Assembly (NCBI GenBank): GCA_020348445.1
Contig: CP070751.1
Span: 2,007,953-2,021,829, forward strand
Direction: 5' to 3'
DNA from: Thermoplasmata archaeon
GTDB taxonomy: Archaea > Thermoplasmatota > Thermoplasmata > GCA-020350865
Length of the DNA: 13,877 bases
The notes under the pieces are model-generated. The model searched no databases, was not told the DNA's origin, and saw only the letters and a program-made list of their open reading frames with translations. Shown piece by piece: positions 1-8,234 of the stretch. Position numbers and translations under genes: made by a program. Each line of letters starts with the position of its first letter. The stretch's first letter is position 1.

Positions 1-29
1 TAGACCAGTATTTCGAGGAGTTTTGGATT

Positions 30-590
30 TCAGGTCCCCAGAAGTTTAACTTCTTTTACTGTGATGTATGTGGGTCCCTCTCTTGAGAGCACGCTCTTCT
101 TCAGCTTAATTCCCTCCACCTTTTGTGTACCAAAGACCACATCCTGGTATTCTTTTAGAATGTCACCTAGGATTTGCTTGTTCCTTGGACCTTTGACCCT
201 GGCCAAAGTAACATGGGGTCGAAAGCCTTTTTTCTCTCTTTTGAATCCATGTTTTGAAAGCTCCGAATTCAATGCTTTGGCGATCTTTACCAGTGAATCA
301 GCACCCTCCAAACCCACCCAGATTACCTTCATATAATTGGGATTTGGAAATGCCCCTGTGCCTATCATCTCCATAGTAAAAGGTTCCACACCCTCGATGC
401 TCAAAGACATAGCACTTTCGATATCCCCGATCTTAGCCTCGTCTGTGTCCCCAAGGAATTTTAAAGTCAGATGAATGTTCTCAGGTTCTACAAGTTTGAG
501 CTGGGCATTGCTTTCTTTTAGTTTGTTCCAGAATTCCTCGAGTTTGGTTCCCACTTCAACTTCAACTGCTATAAAAGCCCTGAATGTCAT
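30..590 (-). CDS. thpR: RNA 2',3'-cyclic phosphodiesterase (2H phosphoesterase, LigT/ThpR family)
   Basis: Two HxT motifs (IHLTLKFLG, PHVTLARVK), N-terminal RAFIAVEV and GAFPN motifs. The start is placed at the ATG at 590 (MTFRAF), because the 13-aa extension to 629 in the ORF track precedes the family N-terminus. Confidence 0.93.
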   Translation of the reverse strand: MTFRAFIAVEVEVGTKLEEFWNKLKESNAQLKLVEPENIHLTLKFLGDTDEAKIGDIESAMSLSIEGVEPFTMEMIGTGAFPNPNYMKVIWVGLEGADSLVKIAKALNSELSKHGFKREKKGFRPHVTLARVKGPRNKQILGDILKEYQDVVFGTQKVEGIKLKKSVLSREGPTYITVKEVKLLGT

Positions 591-720
591 ATTCGCAGTA
601 TGGAATTGACTCAATAAATCTTTTTCCAAATGGGGGGAGAGTTTATTAATTTTGAGGGCATATCTACTTTCGCATATTGAGGCTCATCTAGCAGGGAGAT
701 ACTCATATATGATGAACCTC

Positions 721-730
721 TATATTTAAA
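721..730 (+). promoter_or_regulatory. Candidate archaeal TATA box for panE
   Basis: TATATTTAAA ending 37 nt upstream of the ATG at 767, inside the divergent thpR/panE intergenic region. Confidence 0.45.
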
Positions 731-766
731 CATCTTAATAATGAAAGACAGTTGTGGATGGTTTAC

Positions 767-1684
767 ATGAGAATACTTATCTTCGGTGCTGGGGCAATGG
801 GCACCTTTCTCGCAGGTGTGTTTTCCCAAAAATATAATGTCACACTTTATGGAAGGGAAAAGAAGATAAAAGCTATAAAAGAAGATGGGATCAGAATAAC
901 AGGGATTACCGAACTTACCACGAAGGTAAAGGCGGTGGACAATTCCAAGGCATTAGAAGGTGAGGAATACGATCTTATCATTTTGGCTGTGAAATCCTAT
1001 GACACTGATTCGGCAATGGACATCATTAAAAAAATCGTTGGCCAGACTTTTGCTGTTCTATCCCTTCAAAATGGGTTGGAAAACGAAATTAGAATTGCTA
1101 AGATAATAGGGGAAGAAAGGACCCTAGGTGGTGTGACAAGTCACGGTATTACCTTTGTGGGGCCTGGCCATGTGCATCACGCAGGGATCGGGGAAACCAT
1201 AATAGGAGAGATGAATGGCAAAGAGACCGAAAGAATCAAGGAAATTGCGAAGGCTCTAACCTCTGTGGGTATGGAAACCAAAGTAAGCGGAAACATACCA
1301 AGTGAAATCTGGGTGAAGGGCATAGTAAATGCTGGTATCAACCCACTAACCGCTATTACCAAGTTAAAGAACGGTTATCTTCTCGAAATTCCGTATCTCA
1401 CCAGGCTACTAGAAAGGACATGCCTGGAATGCATCGATGTGGCGAATGCCGAGGGTGTGGATCTTCTTGGATGCGATGTCATAGAAAAAACCAAGAATGT
1501 TGCAAGACTCACCGCGGGTAATAAATCCAGTATGTTACAGGATATAGAATTGGGAAGGAGGACAGAGATAGATTCCATTAACGGGAGAATTGTCGAGATC
1601 GGGAAGAAAAACGGGATTGAGGTCCCAATTAACTCCACTTTGGTTTCACTGGTGAAGGGAATCGAGGAGGGAGAAGACAGGTAG
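767..1684 (+). CDS. panE: 2-dehydropantoate 2-reductase (ketopantoate reductase, PanE/ApbA family)
   Basis: Rossmann GAGAMG at the N-terminus, plus AVKSYD, SLQNG, KGIVNAGINPL, SSMLQD and TEIDSING motifs. The start is the ATG at 767 (MRILIFGAG); the ORF track opens at an upstream TTG (752). Confidence 0.93.
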   Translation: MRILIFGAGAMGTFLAGVFSQKYNVTLYGREKKIKAIKEDGIRITGITELTTKVKAVDNSKALEGEEYDLIILAVKSYDTDSAMDIIKKIVGQTFAVLSLQNGLENEIRIAKIIGEERTLGGVTSHGITFVGPGHVHHAGIGETIIGEMNGKETERIKEIAKALTSVGMETKVSGNIPSEIWVKGIVNAGINPLTAITKLKNGYLLEIPYLTRLLERTCLECIDVANAEGVDLLGCDVIEKTKNVARLTAGNKSSMLQDIELGRRTEIDSINGRIVEIGKKNGIEVPINSTLVSLVKGIEEGEDR

Positions 1685-1732
1685 CGAAAAATCCGAAAAC
1701 ATTTTAGCAGGCAAAACCAATACCCCCATTGG

Positions 1733-2323
1733 ATGCACTCGGATGGGAATAGATGGACTTTTACCAGGAAGTTTGCTAAAAAGAAAGGCCAGTCTAGATT
1801 TTTAAAGAGACTGTATGAGGCAAGAAACTACTTTCCTGAGCTTGCTTGTGAAACTGTAAAGGTGGGAATCACGGTCAATGCCGATGGGAAGGCTGACTTG
1901 AAAGGAAAGGCCGTATTTTTCAGGAGCAGGAACGTTAGCTATTATGTTATAGGCCATGAGCTTACACATCTTCTGCAGGAGGCTGGAGATGTACCCAAAG
2001 GGGAAAGAAGCTGCGACATCTATACCATGGCCAGGGAATTAAAGTTCTGTGATGAGGCTCCAAATTATGTTAAGGTCCCAAAAAGACTTTTAGATGACAG
2101 AGGATTCATTAGAAAGGAATACCGTGGTCTTGTCCACGAGACAGCCAAGACAGCATTGATCATGAAGAATATGGGGAAGAAAAGATACATTTCATGGTTC
2201 GAGAGGAATCTGGTTGAAATTTGTGGAGGAGATGATCGTAATAAAATCGATTTTTTTAGACAAAAAGAATGTGTGTCAGGGAAAATATTATTACAAACCA
2301 GAATTAATGACTTTATCAAGTAA
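1733..2323 (+). CDS. Hypothetical protein with HExxH zinc-binding motif (zincin-like fold, function unknown)
   Basis: 196-aa ORF containing VIGHELTHLLQ followed by GERSCD, a possible third-ligand Glu. Basic sequence with no signal peptide. Confidence 0.6.
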   Translation: MHSDGNRWTFTRKFAKKKGQSRFLKRLYEARNYFPELACETVKVGITVNADGKADLKGKAVFFRSRNVSYYVIGHELTHLLQEAGDVPKGERSCDIYTMARELKFCDEAPNYVKVPKRLLDDRGFIRKEYRGLVHETAKTALIMKNMGKKRYISWFERNLVEICGGDDRNKIDFFRQKECVSGKILLQTRINDFIK

Positions 2324-2336
2324 TACTGGCCTCTTT

Positions 2337-5300
2337 TCACCTCATAAGTTCGTCCATTATGTCTTTTATTCCCCTCAGTTGTTCCATATCACCGTCCCAA
2401 TCCTCAAGAATCTCACCATATTTGGATTCGATTCGAGAGACCATATTTTCCAGGGTCTCTTCCAGATCCTGCGGCTCATCCCCCACCAAGACAACAGCTA
2501 TGTAGATATGCTCCCCCTTCTTTATGTGTATCACAGAATCTCCGAAATCCAGCCTCCTCAGGCCGTATTTGCTTTTCTCCCTAAATGAATCCCTGATAAA
2601 TTCCTGGACCGCGGTGAGCATTGAGCTTAATATATCGTCATCCACATCAGGTCTGAGTTCTTTAGAACGATGCGCCAGGGGAAGGCCAGAGTTGGAGATG
2701 ATAAATATATCCTCGATTGTTGCCTTCTTTCTTTTTAGAATCATGAATAAAACCAATGAACAAATAACTGCTATGACAACCGCCAATATCAAAAATATAT
2801 TCAAGGATTCCTCTTCCTCCTCCTTTTTAGGGGGCTTGACCTCGACCTCCCAGCTTTGCATCATGAATGAATCGTTCTCATCAGTTACCTTCACCGTCAG
2901 GTTATATGTCCCATGTCCATAGGAAGAGCGGTCAAAGGTAAATGAAGATCCTCTGACTCCGGTATCATTTCCGTCGATGAACCATTCGTAGGTGAGGGCA
3001 TCGTTATCGGGATCTGATGCTGTGATTGTAAACATCATGGATTCTTCATTTGAATTTAGTCTGGGTTTAAGGTTCATTGGCTCGTACTCGTCAATTATCG
3101 GAGCGCGATTTGCCTGGGTAACAATGACTATCCATCTGTGTTCAACACTGGCACCATTTCCATCAGATACATTCACAATTACCTCATGGTCTCCTGCGGT
3201 TCCGAACGCAGGCTGATAACTCCAGAACGGGATATCCTCTCTTTTTATTTGTCCATCCAAAATCCAATCAACAGAAAGGGAATCCCCATCCTCATCAAAA
3301 TGCGATATATTGAAATCAAGGGCTATTCCTTCCTCTACAGTGGGATACATCATTAAGGGTAGGTAAAATGTTATAACAGGTTTGTCATTGACATTCTCAA
3401 CGATTATTGTGAAGGTATGGCTGTCTGTTCCATTGTTTCCATCAACACATGATACAGTGACCTGCCAGCTTCCGGCTTCATGATATGTCGGGGTACCGTA
3501 AAGCTCACCAGTTATTGGATCAATTGATAGCCAGTTTGCTGTTGTATCAAGGGACCAAATTAGAGAATCTCCGTCGTCATCATCGGCTTGATAGATAATA
3601 GAATATAGTTGATCTTCGAAAGCACTTAAAACATCTGTGGTTGTTATCATTGGGTCATCATTTGTATTGAAAACATTAAGGGTGAAGTTGCGCCATCCCA
3701 AGCCCCCGAATTCGTCTTCTGCAGTAACATTTATCCAATAATAACCTATATGCTCGTTTCGAGGTATGCCAAAAAGACCTCCTGTTGTGGAATTTATTGA
3801 AAGCCATTCTGCATTTGAAGCAAGGCTCCAGATGATGTTTCCATCTCCATCGTCGGAACTAGCAAAGTCCACATAATATGAAGTGTCTTCGTTTATCAAC
3901 GTAATTTCATTTTGAGAAATGACTGGATCACTGTTTTTAACTGTTAGTGTGAAGTTGCTGAAATCCCATCCACTATGACCGTCATAAACAAATATATTGA
4001 CAATCCAATCCTCTATTTCCAGGTAATTAGGCGTTCCAGAGAGCACACCGGTTTGGGAATCTATTGAAAGCCATGTGGCATTGGTAACAAGACCCCAGGT
4101 GATATCACCCTGGCCGTCATCAGAACAGTTGTAATCCACTTGATAATATACATCCTCGGAAGCTGTGAAAACATCGGTTGTATTTATGATCGGCTTGGTG
4201 TTGATCACCCATAAGTTGAACTCGGAATAGGATATACCGCCGTGATTGTCTCTTACCGAGATATTGACTGGATCCACTCCAACATGGGAGTTGTTTGGTG
4301 TTCCGAAAAGCTCTCCTGTGACACTGTCAATGTTAAGCCAGGAGGGGCCATTTTCAAGGGTCCAGATCGTATTTGGATCATCATCTGAATCGTAATCTCT
4401 ATAATATTGTGAGTCCTCCAACGCGAGACCCACATTCGATGTTAAAATCTCAGGTGCTCGATTCAGAACCTCTAATAAAAACGAGAACTCGTCATGGCCG
4501 CCATTCACATCCGTTACTTTGATTAGGAATGAGTAAACACCCACATTATCATTCGAGGGAGTTACGGTAAGATTTCCTGTTGAAGGATTTAGGGTTATCC
4601 ACGTTTGCGAAGTGTTGATAGACCAAGTAAGAGGATTCCCCTCTTTGTCTGTAGCATGGAAGGTGTTATAATAAAATGAATCTTCATCAATCTGTATGTT
4701 TGAGATGGGGTCTGTGATGACGGGATCATCATTTTCAAGAGTTATAACAACTGTCTGACTTCCGTATGTTAGATCCACTTGGATTTCTTCCCAACAAGTT
4801 GTGTTGAATACTCTTACATTATGCGGGTTGGTTGAATTGTAAAACAAAGTTTCATTTTGTGAATAACCCAAACACACTTCCCATCTTAACCAACCATTTG
4901 CGTCGGTGGTTCCATTAATAACTTCATTGGCATCTGGCCATAATACGCTTATATTTACACCTGGATAAGGTTGATCCAGCCCATCTCTAACTTGTACATT
5001 CAAGTACCACATTACCACAAGAACTGTAGAAGGATCAATGATATTGACATCTGTGAATGAAGTATTAATTAAATATAGTAAGGAATTCTGGCTTATATCT
5101 ATATCGGAAGTTGTTTGTGCATTTAATGTGGAGTTTACAATCCAAACATTTGAACAACTGATTCCCATTACTGCAGGGATGATTCCGTTCGTGCTGATAG
5201 AAAGGGATTCGAACAAACAGTCCACTGTTCTATTTAGTACCACTCCAGCACCCCAGGCACCGATTACGTTCATTGTGAAATTTGTAATTGAAATATTGTC

Positions 5301-7997
5301 AGAGGATAATGTAGAAAATCCAAAACTTCCAAGGCCATTTAGATCAATGGAGATATTGGATAGCCTAACATAATGTGCATCGCCGAGAAATATCCCGTCT
5401 ATGAAGTCGGCATTTCCTGTAATAGTTAGATTTTCTATGATTGTGTAATCAAAAAATCCCACCAATTGAAGACCCGTACCTGCACTATTCAAATCCACGT
5501 TATTTCCATTAACCAATGAATTAGTAAGGTTGTATAGATCAATTGCAGTGCAATAATCAACATATGAAAAGATAGTGTTACCCCATACTTGACATCTATC
5601 CATTTCCAAGAAATCCAAGCCTGCACCTGGAGCATTTAATGAAACGGAGTTATTATTCACGGTATAATCGCTGCTTTCTGCAAGAAATATCCCGATATTC
5701 CATCCTTGCGTGCCATACATATTTACTTGATTTCCCTCTATAATAGATCCTGGGGAATACCCAGCGTATATTCCTATATCATCATTATGGGTCGTTGATA
5801 TATCCACATTATTGTATAATACTTGAAGATTGGGACAGTTCCAGGCCCTGATTGCGCATGAAAAATCAGAGTACCCATTTATATTAAAAGTGCTGTTTTT
5901 GACAATGGAATCAACAGAATCAGCAAAAATAATTCCTATAAAGCTTCCCTGAATATATGCATGGTTGAATACGGCTGAGTCCGTCTCAACATATATTCCC
6001 TTGTCATGGAATGCAGGCGCATCCCACCCGCAGTCAATTATATATGAGTTTCTTATTTCTATAACCGATCCGTCCCAAGCATAGAAGGAGAATACATAAT
6101 CATTAGGACTCCCATCATCGGTATCATAAGGACTATCGGTAATTACACTGGCATCATCAACTGTATAGTTGTCCCAATCATTATCATATAAATGAAGCTC
6201 ACCCCCCCATGTGACATTTAGATGGTACTGGCTGTTCATCTGGGTTGCATTAAGCATTATGGTGCAGTTATGCAAAATAAGGTTGCCTGTTGCATTGATT
6301 GTGATATTTCCATCCATTAAGAAGGTGGTATCCCAGTATTCTTCTGTGGTATCTATCCACCAATCACCTTTTCTTTGTGCTTTTGAGACACCCATGGGTT
6401 GGAGAGTGGCTTTTATGTTCCGATTCTGATTCATTGTAACTTCGGTATTCCACGGATCATATCCGCTATAGGTCACTGTTATGTTATGCGGAGTTTCTGC
6501 TTGTGAGCTGCTCTCGTAATGGACCACTTCTGTAAGAGGTAGATACCGAATCTGGCCGTTTGCATCGGCTGGGCCGTTGAATATCGTATCTCCTGTGCTG
6601 TTTTTAATCTGGATAAATGCTCCAGGTAATAGAGCACCCTGCCAGTCTTCAACTGTGAGTTCCAGGAAATGCTGAACTGTAAAATCTGACAGGGCATCGT
6701 CCACATCATATGTGATAAATTGAGTGTTTAGAGCAGTAACATGTGAATCTGAATCAACATCTATACCTGTCTGAGGTCCAAAAATAGTGGTGTTGACTAT
6801 CATCACATCATAAGTATTATCACAATTTATTCCATAGTTATTTATGCCAGATGTGACTGTGATGGTGGTGTTCTCTATCAAAATATCATGGGCTGAGAAA
6901 CCAATAGCTATTGCACGGCAGTTATCTTGACTCACAGTAAAGTTGTTATTCTTTACTGTAACATTATCTACCCCAAAAATACCTAATGCGCAAATATTTA
7001 TTCCTGAGGCAATTACTTCGTTATCGATTACATTAATATAACTTCCCCCTGAAAGCTGAATACCCTCACTAGCCTGATCCCAACCGCAAATCGTATTTGA
7101 GGTTATGTTAACATATCCGCTGTAGAGACGGATGCCTTCGGAACCTAAACCTGTGACATTTATGGTATTTTGATGAAGTTCGTTCCATTCCCCTCCCCCT
7201 GCGATTCTTATTCCTTCGGAGTTCCCTGAAATGACATTAATGGTATTTCCTGCTACCTTATTTCTCCAACATCCACTTGTGAAGGATATTCCATAATCTC
7301 CGCTGCTGTTAAGATCTATTATATTGTTGTAGAATAACGAATCCGAAGTCGATTGAATAAAGATGCCGTCATCATCAAGATCGGTCAAGGTACAGTTCTC
7401 GATAATCGTTCCCAAACTTGCATCCACATTGATTCCTCGATAGCCCCTTGAAATCGAGCAGTTTCTAATCACTGCATTATCTGTATGAATATACAATCCC
7501 CTCTCTTCGATAGAACCTTGACTATAGCCAACTTCAGATACTGCGCTGTTGATCATGGTAAAGCTCGAGCTTTGATGGACATAAAATCCAAACCTATGAT
7601 CTCCATCTGTATTGTTGCTCGTGATATTGCATCCATCGTAGGTTGTGATAGGGTTATTGTCGTAATCCGAAATCAATAGTATTGCACCATTATTCACATG
7701 AATATATGTTGTTAGATTCCCTGTATTGTTCATTCTGATTGTGACGTTAACGAGGGTTAGTGAAAAACCCCCCAATACAGTGATGTTCCCGTTCACAATT
7801 ATCGTCTGATTTCTGTATATGGCGTTGGAATCAACATCCCAGTCCCCGTCCCAAAATATGGTTGCATCCTCGATTGCAGGAGGCTGTGCAGCAGATGCCA
7901 TTTCAATGGGCAAGTTGTCTTCAAGGGGAATTATGATGACTAGAACTGGTAATATAAGAATCCATACTAATACGTGCACTGCATGTCGTTTCCTCAT
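2337..7997 (-). CDS. Large single-pass cell-surface glycoprotein/adhesin: signal peptide, 2x (parallel beta-helix + carboxypeptidase-regulatory-like Ig domain), 5 cadherin-like/putative Ig repeats, 2 PKD-like repeats, TM helix, cytoplasmic longin-like domain
   Basis: The ATG at 7997 has AAGGTG 7 nt upstream and opens a signal-peptide-like MRKRHAVHVLVWILILPVLVIIIP. GIxI/NxTI beta-helix repeats; NxxP...ED...W..WL.I...TG.L.GTP repeats; hydrophobic LNIFLILAVVIAVICSLVLFMIL followed by KRKK; about 55 N-x-S/T sequons by manual count. The ORF track extends to a TTG at 8117. Confidence 0.85.
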   Translation of the reverse strand: MRKRHAVHVLVWILILPVLVIIIPLEDNLPIEMASAAQPPAIEDATIFWDGDWDVDSNAIYRNQTIIVNGNITVLGGFSLTLVNVTIRMNNTGNLTTYIHVNNGAILLISDYDNNPITTYDGCNITSNNTDGDHRFGFYVHQSSSFTMINSAVSEVGYSQGSIEERGLYIHTDNAVIRNCSISRGYRGINVDASLGTIIENCTLTDLDDDGIFIQSTSDSLFYNNIIDLNSSGDYGISFTSGCWRNKVAGNTINVISGNSEGIRIAGGGEWNELHQNTINVTGLGSEGIRLYSGYVNITSNTICGWDQASEGIQLSGGSYINVIDNEVIASGINICALGIFGVDNVTVKNNNFTVSQDNCRAIAIGFSAHDILIENTTITVTSGINNYGINCDNTYDVMIVNTTIFGPQTGIDVDSDSHVTALNTQFITYDVDDALSDFTVQHFLELTVEDWQGALLPGAFIQIKNSTGDTIFNGPADANGQIRYLPLTEVVHYESSSQAETPHNITVTYSGYDPWNTEVTMNQNRNIKATLQPMGVSKAQRKGDWWIDTTEEYWDTTFLMDGNITINATGNLILHNCTIMLNATQMNSQYHLNVTWGGELHLYDNDWDNYTVDDASVITDSPYDTDDGSPNDYVFSFYAWDGSVIEIRNSYIIDCGWDAPAFHDKGIYVETDSAVFNHAYIQGSFIGIIFADSVDSIVKNSTFNINGYSDFSCAIRAWNCPNLQVLYNNVDISTTHNDDIGIYAGYSPGSIIEGNQVNMYGTQGWNIGIFLAESSDYTVNNNSVSLNAPGAGLDFLEMDRCQVWGNTIFSYVDYCTAIDLYNLTNSLVNGNNVDLNSAGTGLQLVGFFDYTIIENLTITGNADFIDGIFLGDAHYVRLSNISIDLNGLGSFGFSTLSSDNISITNFTMNVIGAWGAGVVLNRTVDCLFESLSISTNGIIPAVMGISCSNVWIVNSTLNAQTTSDIDISQNSLLYLINTSFTDVNIIDPSTVLVVMWYLNVQVRDGLDQPYPGVNISVLWPDANEVINGTTDANGWLRWEVCLGYSQNETLFYNSTNPHNVRVFNTTCWEEIQVDLTYGSQTVVITLENDDPVITDPISNIQIDEDSFYYNTFHATDKEGNPLTWSINTSQTWITLNPSTGNLTVTPSNDNVGVYSFLIKVTDVNGGHDEFSFLLEVLNRAPEILTSNVGLALEDSQYYRDYDSDDDPNTIWTLENGPSWLNIDSVTGELFGTPNNSHVGVDPVNISVRDNHGGISYSEFNLWVINTKPIINTTDVFTASEDVYYQVDYNCSDDGQGDITWGLVTNATWLSIDSQTGVLSGTPNYLEIEDWIVNIFVYDGHSGWDFSNFTLTVKNSDPVISQNEITLINEDTSYYVDFASSDDGDGNIIWSLASNAEWLSINSTTGGLFGIPRNEHIGYYWINVTAEDEFGGLGWRNFTLNVFNTNDDPMITTTDVLSAFEDQLYSIIYQADDDDGDSLIWSLDTTANWLSIDPITGELYGTPTYHEAGSWQVTVSCVDGNNGTDSHTFTIIVENVNDKPVITFYLPLMMYPTVEEGIALDFNISHFDEDGDSLSVDWILDGQIKREDIPFWSYQPAFGTAGDHEVIVNVSDGNGASVEHRWIVIVTQANRAPIIDEYEPMNLKPRLNSNEESMMFTITASDPDNDALTYEWFIDGNDTGVRGSSFTFDRSSYGHGTYNLTVKVTDENDSFMMQSWEVEVKPPKKEEEEESLNIFLILAVVIAVICSLVLFMILKRKKATIEDIFIISNSGLPLAHRSKELRPDVDDDILSSMLTAVQEFIRDSFREKSKYGLRRLDFGDSVIHIKKGEHIYIAVVLVGDEPQDLEETLENMVSRIESKYGEILEDWDGDMEQLRGIKDIMDELMR
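2835..4733 (-). repeat. Seven tandem ~87-95 aa Ig-like repeats (5 cadherin-like/He_PIG-type + 2 PKD-like) inside the surface protein
   Basis: Repeat starts on the - strand at 4733 (NDDP), 4463 (NRAP), 4202 (NTKP), 3935 (NSDP), 3668 (NTNDDP), 3395 (NVNDKP) and 3116 (QANRAP). The first five share ED..Y, DxD, W...WL.I and TG.L.(G)TP; the last two share D.D.D.L...W..DG. Confidence 0.85.
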
Positions 7998-8004
7998 GCT
8001 AAGG

Positions 8005-8010
8005 CACCTT
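8005..8010 (-). promoter_or_regulatory. Shine-Dalgarno site for the surface protein
   Basis: AAGGTG on the - strand, 7 nt upstream of the ATG at 7997. Confidence 0.6.
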
Positions 8011-8224
8011 TTACTATCAAATATTCGAAGGAACGACTGGTCCTTCTTTTTATAGACCTGAGATAAACGGCTATCGATATTTTTCCTATATAATAGAATT
8101 ATTGATATTATTCTCAAATAAAAGAATAACAGAAATCATGGTAAAAGCACCATTTTCTAAAGAAAATAGATGTTCAATAGGCGAAAGATAAAATAGAGCT
8201 AACAACAATAACGCATTATCAACT

Positions 8225-8232
8225 AGGTGAGG
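8225..8232 (+). promoter_or_regulatory. Shine-Dalgarno site for the thioredoxin-like gene
   Basis: AGGTGAGG immediately upstream of the ATG at 8235; spacing is short (2 nt). Confidence 0.6.
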
Positions 8233-8234
8233 AT

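Noticed and set aside
1-29. Minus-strand peptide NPKLLEILV right after the thpR stop, resembling a Trm112/UPF0434 N-terminus (MDPKLLEILVCP)
   Set aside because: There is no start codon (the preceding in-frame codon is the thpR TGA), and the next codon begins TA, so it cannot be the required Cys. It is too short and at the window edge.
591-829. N-terminal extension of thpR to 629 and the 72-aa ORF 611..829 (-)
   Set aside because: They cross the divergent promoter region and overlap panE, with no recognisable motifs.
2065-3356. ORFs 2065..2340 (-), 2214..2588, 2524..2922, 2992..3216 and 3138..3356 (+)
   Set aside because: Antisense or off-frame shadows of well-supported genes, with no family motifs.
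2835-4733. Possible CRISPR array or nucleotide-level tandem repeat
   Set aside because: Periodicity is at the protein level (~260-280 nt units with diverged DNA). No identical 25-40 bp repeats with unique spacers and no cas genes were seen anywhere in the window.
4253-8055. Short ORFs inside the surface-protein gene (4253..4435, 5038..5373, 6211..6429, 6479..6709, 7485..7679, 7819..8055)
   Set aside because: Fully nested in a 5.6-kb CDS; consistent with stop-poor antisense or alternative frames.
7998-8117. 40-aa TTG-initiated extension of the surface protein
   Set aside because: It would place a long polar segment ahead of the signal peptide; the ATG at 7997 has a good SD.
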